Assembly: GCA_937922785.1 (NCBI GenBank)
Contig: CALAJQ010000006.1
Coordinates: 122,156-186,155, forward strand
DNA: 64,000 nucleotides
Direction of reading: 5' to 3'
From: an uncultured Acidimicrobiales bacterium
GTDB lineage: Bacteria > Actinomycetota > Acidimicrobiia > Acidimicrobiales > SZUA-35
Within the stretch, counting starts at the first letter, position 1. Each line of letters begins with the position of its first letter. The position numbers and the translations under genes are program-made. Of this stretch, positions 1-8,638 are shown piece by piece. Below the pieces are notes generated by a model that saw only the letters and a list, made by a program, of their open reading frames with translations, was not told where the DNA came from and made no database searches.

Positions 1-1
1 T

Positions 2-1015
2 GCTCCAGCCGGGGCGTGGTCTGACAGAGTGGACCGTCGTAACTTCTTCCTGATTTGGGCCGGGATAGTGGCCATCGGCTTCTTCGTGTTCGCAGGCGTC
101 GTCGCCGGGGGCTTGGCAACGCCAATAATCACCGGTGTCTTTGCTGTGTTGATCGGTGCGGCGCTGGTGATTCTGTCTCCGAATATCAGTGCAATCGCTC
201 CGCTACTTCTGCCGCCCGAGCGGCTGATGAACGGCATCGCTCTGCAAAATGGTGGTGGTCAAGCGGCTGGCTTCTTGGGTCTGGCTCTTGGTGGGGGCCT
301 CATTGGCTTGTTCGGAAATGCCGCAGGATTTGCGATGTTGGGAGTTCTCGCTCTGGCCTCGATGGCGGTCATGAGAACAGTGATAATCCCAACTATCGAG
401 GCTGACGGACCTAAGAGGTCAATTCGAGCCGAGATGGCTGAGGGATTGCGCTACGCCCGAGAATCCAACCTGCGAGCCACCTTGTTGGTGACAGCCCTGA
501 TCCTGGGATCATCCTTCGCAGTGATGCAGATTGCGATGCCGCGAATTGTCGAATCTGACTATCAAATGGGGTCACTCCAGGCTGGGCTATTGCTGGGCTC
601 GTTCGGTCTCGGAATGTTAGTTTCTTCGTTGTTTGTTGCAGGCCTAGACAACATGAGGCATGGAATCAACGTTGCCATATTCATTGGAATCGGGCTCGGG
701 CTGGGCCAGTTCCTACTCAGCTTTGCCCCCAACTACTGGGTAGCGCTGGCAATCATGATCGGGTGGGGCCTAAACGCCGGCATCGCGATTGCTAGCCATC
801 GAACCCTTCTACAAAGCTCAACAGAACCGCGAATGATGGGCCGGATGATGGGGTTGATGATTCTCGGGTTTTCGGGCGGGCTGCCATTTGGCGCCTTTGC
901 CCAATCAGTTCTGGCGCCTGCTTATGGCCCTGTCATTACGATGCGGATCGTTGGATTCGTCACGATGTGCGTGACCATCCCTCTGCTTTGGCGCAAAGCT
1001 ATACGAGATGCTTAA
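2..1015 (+). CDS. MFS-type membrane transporter, probably 5'-truncated by the window edge. The ORF track starts at GTG 29, but the frame stays open to position 2
   Basis: Multiple hydrophobic helices with Gly-rich MFS-like loops. Only about 8 TM segments and 328 aa, and there is no in-frame stop upstream to the window start. Confidence 0.55.
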   Translation, partial: APAGAWSDRVDRRNFFLIWAGIVAIGFFVFAGVVAGGLATPIITGVFAVLIGAALVILSPNISAIAPLLLPPERLMNGIALQNGGGQAAGFLGLALGGGLIGLFGNAAGFAMLGVLALASMAVMRTVIIPTIEADGPKRSIRAEMAEGLRYARESNLRATLLVTALILGSSFAVMQIAMPRIVESDYQMGSLQAGLLLGSFGLGMLVSSLFVAGLDNMRHGINVAIFIGIGLGLGQFLLSFAPNYWVALAIMIGWGLNAGIAIASHRTLLQSSTEPRMMGRMMGLMILGFSGGLPFGAFAQSVLAPAYGPVITMRIVGFVTMCVTIPLLWRKAIRDA

Positions 1016-1024
1016 GTCGGTCTC

Positions 1025-1441
1025 ATGAGAATGACATTGGCAGAGAAGCAATCTTTCCTTGCGGGCCTACACGTGGGTGTCCTTGGCCTTAACGATCCCG
1101 GCCGAGGACCGCTGACCGTGCCGGTTTGGTATGACTATGAGGTCGGCGGCCAGCTCTGGTTCATAATTGCCGCCGAGTCGGAGAAGGGCAAGCTGCTTGA
1201 GGTCGGGACTCGCCTTAGCCTCGTCGCGCAGACTGAGGCCCCGCCCTACGCCTACGTCAGTATTGAGGGCCCCGTTGCCTCGATTCAGTCCAGTTCTCTG
1301 GAGGCAATCACGGCGATGGCCGTGCGTTACTTGGGAGAAAAGGGAGGCGCAGCCTATGCCAATTCCAGCAATGTTGATGGCCAGGTAGTGGTGAGAGTTG
1401 ATCCGGAGCGGTGGCTGGCGGTTGACTACGGCAAGAGTTAG
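1025..1441 (+). CDS. Pyridoxamine 5'-phosphate oxidase-like (PPOX class, possibly F420-dependent) small flavin-binding protein
   Basis: 138 aa. The motif '...PLTVPVWYDYEVGGQLWFI...' is typical of the PNPOx-like split-barrel family. It lies 10 bp after the upstream gene. Confidence 0.5.
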   Translation: MRMTLAEKQSFLAGLHVGVLGLNDPGRGPLTVPVWYDYEVGGQLWFIIAAESEKGKLLEVGTRLSLVAQTEAPPYAYVSIEGPVASIQSSSLEAITAMAVRYLGEKGGAAYANSSNVDGQVVVRVDPERWLAVDYGKS

Positions 1442-1504
1442 GGCGATGGTTCTAGAACATCGCCGGATCGGGAACCCGCAGCTAGAACCTGCAATAGTTG
1501 TGGC

Positions 1505-2779
1505 ATGCGGATTGAAGCGGTAACTATTCCAATTCTGCGCCAGGTCTTAAAGCGGCCGCGTCTCTCAGAGTCGATTTTTCGCTTCGATTCCTGGGGTAAC
1601 CCGTTTAGCGAAGAGGCAACTGCTGACCCCTATGCCCTTCTGGCGACGCTTCGCGAAGAGGGCCCTGTGGTCTACAAGCGCACGTATCAGCAATGGTTTG
1701 TTAGCGGATACCAAGAGTGCCGCACCGTCCTTAGCTCTAGCGATGCAATTAGTAGCCCTCAGATTGACATGTTGCTGGAAGTTCGGCCCTACACACAGTT
1801 AAGTCCAAAGGGTCGATCTTTCTTTCGCAATTTCTTGGTTGGCGTAGACCCACCCGACCATTCACGACTGCGAGGCCTCGTTAACCGAGCCTTCACCCCT
1901 CGCCAAGTGGCTCGTCTCGACGAACGAATGGATGAGATCCTCGATGAGTTGATGGCCGGTCTTGATCCGGTTGCGCCCGAACTGGTCGACGGGTTCACGG
2001 CCCAATTTCCCATCTACGTCATTGCCGAGCTTCTCGGCGTGCCAGCTGAACGCAGAGACTGGATCCGGTCAGCTGCGGTACAGATCACGAAGCTGCTAGA
2101 TCCGTTTCGCGGGTTTGACCCCGATTTGATGAACAGCACGCTTGATGATTTCCATGACTATGTCGTCTCACTTGCGAACCAAAGGCGGGCAAACCCTGCC
2201 GATGATCTAATCACCGGTTTGGCCTTGGCTGAGGACGAAGGCGATCGTCTCAGTGAGGACGAATTGGTTGCAATATTTGGCCTAATCATGATTGCCGGCC
2301 ACGACACGACAACGGGCCTTCTCGGTACGGCGCTGCTGGCCTTAGCTGAGTTTCCCGAGCAGCGCGCCTGGATCCGTGACAATCCAGATCAATGGCCTAA
2401 TGCGGTAGAAGAGTTGATTCGATTCGATACTTCGGTGAAATCTGATCCGCGTTCAGCTAAACACGACATCCGGCTGGGAGAACACACCATTCCAGCCGGA
2501 GCCAACATCGTGGCAATGCTGGCGATGGCGAACAGGGATCAGCGGCAATTCGAAGACCCTGACGTGCTTAAACTCGACCGTGTCGACCCCGCACCTATCT
2601 CCTTCGGTCACGGCATTCATTATTGCCTTGGTGCCAATCTCGCCCGAATGGAAATCCGCAAGGGACTTGAGCGTCTGCTTGACGCCTACGGGGATTACAC
2701 CATCAACCCAGCAGATGTGGAATGGAAACAATCGATCACACTACGAGGTCCTTCGAAACTGCGAATACACGCCGGTTGA
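1505..2779 (+). CDS. Cytochrome P450 monooxygenase
   Basis: EXXR motif (ELIRFD) and the heme-thiolate signature FGHGIHYCLGANLA. 424 aa. Confidence 0.9.
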   Translation: MRIEAVTIPILRQVLKRPRLSESIFRFDSWGNPFSEEATADPYALLATLREEGPVVYKRTYQQWFVSGYQECRTVLSSSDAISSPQIDMLLEVRPYTQLSPKGRSFFRNFLVGVDPPDHSRLRGLVNRAFTPRQVARLDERMDEILDELMAGLDPVAPELVDGFTAQFPIYVIAELLGVPAERRDWIRSAAVQITKLLDPFRGFDPDLMNSTLDDFHDYVVSLANQRRANPADDLITGLALAEDEGDRLSEDELVAIFGLIMIAGHDTTTGLLGTALLALAEFPEQRAWIRDNPDQWPNAVEELIRFDTSVKSDPRSAKHDIRLGEHTIPAGANIVAMLAMANRDQRQFEDPDVLKLDRVDPAPISFGHGIHYCLGANLARMEIRKGLERLLDAYGDYTINPADVEWKQSITLRGPSKLRIHAG

Positions 2780-2843
2780 AAGATCAGCTGAATAGGCGAG
2801 AGTGCTGTAACGCGAGAGTAACTGTTGCTCCTAGCCTGTTTCC

Positions 2844-4133
2844 ATGAGCGGAAACATCGAATCAGTTGCGGTACTTGGCGCAGGCACAATGGGTGCTGGA
2901 ATCGCCGGATTGGCGGCCTCAAAGGGCTGCAAGGTTCTCCTATTGGACCTGACAAATGAGGCCGCGGAAAACGGCCTTGGTCAAACCTCGCCTGAAGACC
3001 TGCACAACATCACGACTGGCACGTTCGACGATGACTTAGACAAGCTCGCCGATGTCGACTGGATTGTTGAAGTGATCGTGGAGAACCTGGCGATCAAGCG
3101 TTCGCTGTTTGAGCGCGTAGAGGCGGTGAGAGGCGATGGTTCCATCGTCAGCTCTAACACTTCTGGAATCCCCCTGCGAGATATTGCGGCAGACATGCCT
3201 GAGCGCTTCCAACGTGACGTTGCCATCACGCACTTCTTTAACCCGGTAAAGGTAATGAAACTGTTGGAAGTTGTGCCGGGGGAGCAGATGCCGGCCGAGA
3301 CTGTCGCCCGTCTGGCGGACTTTGCCGAGAACACTCTGGGTAAGGGAGTTGTAAACGCCAAAGACACGGTCAACTTTATTGGAAACCGAATTGGCTGTTT
3401 CCACATGTTGGCTGGAATGCACGTAGCTAAGCCGTTCTTAGCCGCCGGTATGACCCAAGAGACCATCGACGCAGTTTTGGGTAAGCCTGTTGGCATCCCG
3501 CCGACGGGCCTTTACGGGTTAATGGATCTAATCGGCCTCGACGTGATGGACTTAGTTGGCAAGAACTTGGCCGAGAACCTCCCTGAGGGCGATGCGTGCG
3601 AGCCATACACAGCGTTCCCTGCCGCAGAGCAAGCAATGCTTGATCGAGGCCAGCTAGGTCGAAAGAGCCGGGCGCTCGGCGGATTCGGGCGTGTCTCCAA
3701 GCTTGAAGACGGTTCAAAGAAGTTTGAGACTTTTGATCTAAATGATCAGGAATGGCGTGAGGCAGTGGAGCCTGAGCTCTCTGGTGTACCGGGCGATTTA
3801 GGCGAGGTTCTTTTTGCCGACACAGCCCAAGGCCAACTTGCTTGGGAGATCTACGGTGCGACATTGCGCTACAGCGCGGACCTCGTGCCCGAGATAGCCG
3901 ACGACATCGTGAACATCGACAACGCTATGAAGTGGGGTTTCGGATGGGCCGTGGGTCCGTTTGAGATGTTGGACGTGGTCGGCCCTGACCGATTCATCAA
4001 CCGGCTCGAAGCCGAAGAACTGCCAGTGCCAGCAATGTTGGCGACTTTGGCCAGTTCTGAAGGGTCCAGTTTCTACCGCAACGGTGGTAGTGAGTACCTT
4101 GGGACCGACGGTAAGTACCACCCAGTTTCTTAG
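2844..4133 (+). CDS. 3-hydroxyacyl-CoA dehydrogenase family protein (NAD-binding)
   Basis: N-terminal Rossmann motif VAVLGAGTMGAGIA, and the 3HCDH N- and C-terminal domain pattern. Its stop lies 7 bp upstream of glcB. Confidence 0.8.
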   Translation: MSGNIESVAVLGAGTMGAGIAGLAASKGCKVLLLDLTNEAAENGLGQTSPEDLHNITTGTFDDDLDKLADVDWIVEVIVENLAIKRSLFERVEAVRGDGSIVSSNTSGIPLRDIAADMPERFQRDVAITHFFNPVKVMKLLEVVPGEQMPAETVARLADFAENTLGKGVVNAKDTVNFIGNRIGCFHMLAGMHVAKPFLAAGMTQETIDAVLGKPVGIPPTGLYGLMDLIGLDVMDLVGKNLAENLPEGDACEPYTAFPAAEQAMLDRGQLGRKSRALGGFGRVSKLEDGSKKFETFDLNDQEWREAVEPELSGVPGDLGEVLFADTAQGQLAWEIYGATLRYSADLVPEIADDIVNIDNAMKWGFGWAVGPFEMLDVVGPDRFINRLEAEELPVPAMLATLASSEGSSFYRNGGSEYLGTDGKYHPVS

Positions 4134-4139
4134 GATCAA

Positions 4140-6311
4140 ATGAGCGACAAATATATAGCAAGCGCCGGACTTCAAATTGGTGAGCCCCTGCATGACTTCA
4201 TAGTCAACGAGGCGCTGCCTGGATCGGGCGTTGATGCTTCGACTTTTTGGGATGGACTAGCGGGACTCCTTGCCGACTTCGGCCCCCGAAATGCCGAACT
4301 GCTAGAGACACGGGCCACGATTCAGGCGGCCATTAACGCGTTCCACAAGTCTGGAGAGCCATTCGACCAGGCTTCTTACCGAACCTTCCTGGAAGAGCTT
4401 GGGTACTTGGTGCCCGAGGGTCCCAATTTTGCTATCGAGACCACAGGGGTTGATCCAGAGGTGGCCTCGGTCCCCGGGGCTCAGCTGGTGGTGCCGGTGA
4501 TGAACGCCCGCTATGCCATCAATGCAGCGAATGCACGTTGGGGTTCGTTGTATGACGCTTTGTATGGAACCGACGCGATGGGAGACCTTCCAGAGCCAGG
4601 GCCCTACAACTCGGCTAGGGGAGAGAGAGTCATTGCGTGGTCAAAGAACTTCTTAGACTCAGCCATTCCCTTGAGCTCTGGCTCCCACGCAAATGTTGTC
4701 GGTTATTCAATTGTGAACGGTTCCTTAGCGGCCTCTACGGCTGAGGGCTCTGTTGCTGGCCTTGCTGACGCCGGAGCGCTAAAGGGATACCGGGGCAGTG
4801 AAGATGCACCCGAAGCATTGTTGTTCGAACATCACAGCCTCGGTGTTGAGCTGGTCATTGACCGCCAGCACAACGTCGGCTCCTCTGACCCCGCTGGTGT
4901 GGCCGATGTGATCTTGGAGTCTGCGGTCACTGCGATCATGGACTGTGAGGACTCGGTCGCCGCAGTTGACGCGCAAGACAAGGCGTTGGCCTATAGCAAC
5001 TGGCTTGGCCTGATGAAAGGCGATCTGGCTGTAGAAGTTTCGAAGGGTGCAACCTCCTTTACTCGCACGATGGCGCCAGATCGAACTTTCATAGCGGTTG
5101 GGGGTGGCGACGTTGTTGTGCCAGGTCGAGCCCTCATGTGGGTTCGCAATGTTGGTCACCTCATGACTACGCCGGCAGTCCTAGACAGCGACGGGAACGA
5201 GATGCCAGAAGGATTGCTAGACGCAATCATGACGGTGCTTTGTGCCAAGCACGACTTGAACAAGTCTGACGGTGACCGAAACTCTCGCCATGGCTCGGTG
5301 TATGTAGTCAAGCCCAAGATGCATGGCCCCGAAGAGGCTGCGTTTGCCGATGAGGTATTCAGTCGAGTCGAGGCATTGTTTGACCTCGCCCCAAACACGG
5401 TCAAGCTCGGCCTGATGGACGAAGAACGCCGGACCACTGTGAACCTGGCCGAATGCATCCGTGCGTTGAAATCTCGAATCGCCTTCATCAACACCGGTTT
5501 CTTAGACCGCACCGGCGACGAGATTCACACTTCCATGGAGGCTGGGCCAATGGTTCGCAAGGGCGACATGAAGGCTCAGCCTTGGATTGGTTCCTACGAA
5601 GACTGGAACGTTGACGTCGGCCTAGCTTGTGGTCTCCACGGGGTCGCCCAAATCGGCAAAGGGATGTGGGCAGCGCCGGACCTCATGGCCGACATGGTCG
5701 AGCAGAAGATAGGTCACCCTAAGAGCGGCGCCAACTGCGCCTGGGTCCCTTCTCCAACTGCTGCAACCCTGCACGCAACTCACTATCACCAGGTTGATGT
5801 GATGGAGGTCCAACGTGGCCTAATCGGGAACCGTCGCGCCAGTCTGGAAGACATCTTGCACATCCCGGTCGAGGCGAATCCAACGTGGACCGATGACGAG
5901 ATCCAGTCCGAAATTGAGAACAATGCCCAAGGCATTCTTGGGTACGTTGTGCGATGGGTAAACCAGGGCGTTGGCTGCTCCAAAGTTCCTGACATCAATG
6001 ACGTAGGGCTCATGGAAGACCGAGCAACATGTCGGATCTCCTCCCAGCACATGGCGAACTGGTTGCATCACGGCGTGATCTCCGAGGACCAGGTCCGGGC
6101 CGTCATGCAAAAAATGGCCGCAGTTGTCGATGGCCAAAACGCCGATGATCCTGAGTACACACCAATGGCGCCAGGTTTCGACGGTCAAGCCTTCGAAGCA
6201 GCACAAGCCCTGGTTCTGTCAGGCGTGGAGCAACCCTCGGGCTACACCGAACCAATCCTCCACGCCCGCCGCCGCCAACTGAAGGCCAACTCCAACGCCT
6301 CCAGTGATTAG
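4140..6311 (+). CDS. glcB: Malate synthase G
   Basis: 723 aa, the full-length size of the malate synthase G family. The N-terminus [28 protein letters not shown] is typical of GlcB. Confidence 0.9.
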   Translation: MSDKYIASAGLQIGEPLHDFIVNEALPGSGVDASTFWDGLAGLLADFGPRNAELLETRATIQAAINAFHKSGEPFDQASYRTFLEELGYLVPEGPNFAIETTGVDPEVASVPGAQLVVPVMNARYAINAANARWGSLYDALYGTDAMGDLPEPGPYNSARGERVIAWSKNFLDSAIPLSSGSHANVVGYSIVNGSLAASTAEGSVAGLADAGALKGYRGSEDAPEALLFEHHSLGVELVIDRQHNVGSSDPAGVADVILESAVTAIMDCEDSVAAVDAQDKALAYSNWLGLMKGDLAVEVSKGATSFTRTMAPDRTFIAVGGGDVVVPGRALMWVRNVGHLMTTPAVLDSDGNEMPEGLLDAIMTVLCAKHDLNKSDGDRNSRHGSVYVVKPKMHGPEEAAFADEVFSRVEALFDLAPNTVKLGLMDEERRTTVNLAECIRALKSRIAFINTGFLDRTGDEIHTSMEAGPMVRKGDMKAQPWIGSYEDWNVDVGLACGLHGVAQIGKGMWAAPDLMADMVEQKIGHPKSGANCAWVPSPTAATLHATHYHQVDVMEVQRGLIGNRRASLEDILHIPVEANPTWTDDEIQSEIENNAQGILGYVVRWVNQGVGCSKVPDINDVGLMEDRATCRISSQHMANWLHHGVISEDQVRAVMQKMAAVVDGQNADDPEYTPMAPGFDGQAFEAAQALVLSGVEQPSGYTEPILHARRRQLKANSNASSD

Positions 6312-6312
6312 T

Positions 6313-6354
6313 TGTCTGGACTTCCAACCGCCCTCCGGTTGCAACTCCAGACAG
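6313..6354 (+). terminator. Imperfect 19-bp-arm hairpin (17 of 19 positions paired), immediately after the glcB stop codon. A putative terminator that lacks a clear U-tract
   Basis: TTGTCTGGACTTCCAACCG-ccctc-CGGTTGCAACTCCAGACAG, read directly from the sequence. Confidence 0.4.
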
Positions 6355-6428
6355 AAATCTTGGTCAGGCAGGATGTGGCGAGGTCGGCGTGATCCACACT
6401 CCCGATTCTGCCCTATTCGTCAGGTATT

Positions 6429-7646
6429 GTGACGTCTGTGGAAGACGCGGCCCCGGCTGGACCGGAACCATTGGATCTTGACTTCACTGGGCAGGAGGCG
6501 ATTCCTGAAGCGGCGATCTCCAGGGCGAATGAGCTGATGTCGACCGGCAAACTCTTCCGCTATGGCGAGTCCAGTGCGGGCGAAGCCGATGCGGCGCTGC
6601 TTGAGGCCGAGTTTGCCCAGCTCGTCGGTAGTCGATACTGCGTTGCCCTAAATAGCTGCGGAGCGTCGCTGGCCGTGGCACTGATGGCGGCGGGTGTGCA
6701 GCGCGGCGACAAGGTGCTCATGAACGCTTTCACCCTCGCGCCCGTACCTGGTGCTGTCGCTCACGCCGGAGCAGACGCAGTGTTCGTGGGTATTAACGAG
6801 AGCTACCACATCGACCTGGACGATCTGCGCAGAGCTGCAACCGAGAGCGGGTCCAAGTGGCTGCTGCTGTCCTATATGCGCGGTCACATTCCCGATATGG
6901 ATCGCCTGCTGGAAGTATGCGAAGAATTCGACATCACGGTGATCGAAGACTGTGCGCACACGATGGGCGCCAGCTGGGACAACAAGCCGACAGGGACCTT
7001 TGGCATCGCCGGTTGTTTCAGCACTCAGTCGTTCAAGCATGTGAACTCTGGCGAAGGTGGACTGCTGGTCACCGATGATGAAGATCTTGCGGCGAAGGCA
7101 ATTTTGTTCTCCGGCTCATACATGCTTTATGGCCAACACGGTGCCCGACCTGCCGCTGAAGTGTTCGAGCGGCACCGCCTCTTGATTCCAAACTTCTCTA
7201 TGAGAATGAGTGCTCTAGCAGCTGCCCTGGTTAGACCTCAGCTAGCTGAGTTAGAGCGCCGGGCACAAGTTTGGAACGAGCGCTACGTCGAGTTGGCAAG
7301 CGCTCTTGGCGATCTGCCCCGGGTCACGGTGCCAGTCCGTGACGCTAAAGAGGGCTATGTCGCATCTTCAATTCAGTTCAGTGTTGACCATCCCGATGTA
7401 GCTGCCTTCGTCGAAACTGTGGCCCAATCGGGCGTCTTCTTGAAATGGTTTGGCGCTGACGAGCCACTGGGATTTACTAGCCGCTTTGACCACTGGCGCT
7501 ATCACTCTGAACAGCAGCTGACCAAAACCAGGCAGGTCCTTGCGGGCCTCATTGATATGCGAATTCCGTTAGCCATGACAAGCGAGCAGGCAGCACAGGT
7601 CGCTTCGATAGTCGGCAATGCTCTTACCGAATCAGCTTCTAGTTGA
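6429..7646 (+). CDS. DegT/DnrJ/EryC1/StrS-family PLP-dependent aminotransferase
   Basis: The NSCGASLAVALMAAG region and the S-F-K PLP-lysine motif (FSTQSFKHVNSGEGG). 405 aa. Its 3' end overlaps the convergent giant gene by 8 bp. Confidence 0.75.
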   Translation: MTSVEDAAPAGPEPLDLDFTGQEAIPEAAISRANELMSTGKLFRYGESSAGEADAALLEAEFAQLVGSRYCVALNSCGASLAVALMAAGVQRGDKVLMNAFTLAPVPGAVAHAGADAVFVGINESYHIDLDDLRRAATESGSKWLLLSYMRGHIPDMDRLLEVCEEFDITVIEDCAHTMGASWDNKPTGTFGIAGCFSTQSFKHVNSGEGGLLVTDDEDLAAKAILFSGSYMLYGQHGARPAAEVFERHRLLIPNFSMRMSALAAALVRPQLAELERRAQVWNERYVELASALGDLPRVTVPVRDAKEGYVASSIQFSVDHPDVAAFVETVAQSGVFLKWFGADEPLGFTSRFDHWRYHSEQQLTKTRQVLAGLIDMRIPLAMTSEQAAQVASIVGNALTESASS

Positions 7647-8638
7647 TCCAGACTCTTCCGGGTGAGCCGTCGTTTGCGGCGACGGCATCAAGCCTTGAAT
7701 CACCGTTTACGTCGCCCAATGCAATGCCCTCAGTCTTGCGATTGCTGAGGCTTTGGCCGGAGTCGGTGAAGACGCCGTTTCCGTTGTTTGTCCAGACTGA
7801 GTTTGCGTCCGTGTGGTCAGCAAGGAAAGCGTCTATGTCGCCATCGCCATCAATGTCCCCGAGGGCAACAGTGTGGGTGTGAGAGTTGCCAAGGGCCTGG
7901 CCCGTGTCGGTGAAGACGCCGTTTCCGTTGTTTAGCCACACGGTGTCTGAATCTGTGTCTTCGCCGAAGAGAATGTCCAGGTCTCCGTCGCCGTCGAGAT
8001 CAGCCAAGGCGACGTCGTGGGACTTGTTGCTGCCCAGAACCTGGCCGGAGTCGGTGAAGACTCCGCTGCCGTTGTTGAGCCAGACAGTGTTGTTTTCGTT
8101 CTCATGGGCATAGACAAGATCCAGGTCGCCGTCGCCATCGATGTCAGCAGTTGCGGCGGCGGTTGCCTTCTCAGCTCCCAGGTTTTGCCCGCTGTCGCTG
8201 AACGCTCCAAGGCCATTGTTTCGCCATATCTTGTTGTCGCCGTCCAGAACGCCAGTTGCAAGATCAAGATCGCCGTCTAGATCAAAGTCTCCAAGAACTA
8301 CATCAGCGGTGTCGTTGACTCCAAGGCTTTGGCCACTGTCGGAGAAAACACCGGACCCGTTGTTGATCCAGACTGTATCTGGGCCGTAGTTGGCGAATAC
8401 AACGTCTAAGTCGCCGTCTCCGTCGATATCGCCAAGCGCAACGCCGTCCGAATCGTCTGACCCAAGCGTTTGCCCGGAGTCGGTAAAGGATCCGGTGCCG
8501 TCGTTAAATTCAACCTTGTTACCATCGCCCCTACTGGCAAAGACCGCATCCAGGTCTCCGTCGCCGTCGATATCGCCGAGTGCTACTGCGAAGTTCTTAC
8601 CGGTTCCACCTACGCTCTGGCCAGAATCTACAAATGTG
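7639..8638 (-). repeat. Intragenic tandem array of 7 units of about 144 bp, encoding the FG-GAP blades of the giant protein
   Basis: Seven consecutive peptide repeats of 47-48 aa, '...VW(L/I)NNG(S/N)GVF(T/S)DSGQxLG....ALGDIDGDGDLD...', read from the translation. Many shadow ORFs appear on other frames in this region. Confidence 0.8.

Noticed and set aside
55-405. A 116-aa Arg-rich ORF overlapping the first gene.
   Set aside because: It is an alternate frame of the MFS transporter gene and has a non-protein-like composition.
7639-8638. Periodic repeats that might be mistaken for a CRISPR array.
   Set aside because: The units are about 144 bp, in frame, and encode FG-GAP blades. There are no short spacer-repeat alternations and no cas genes in the window.
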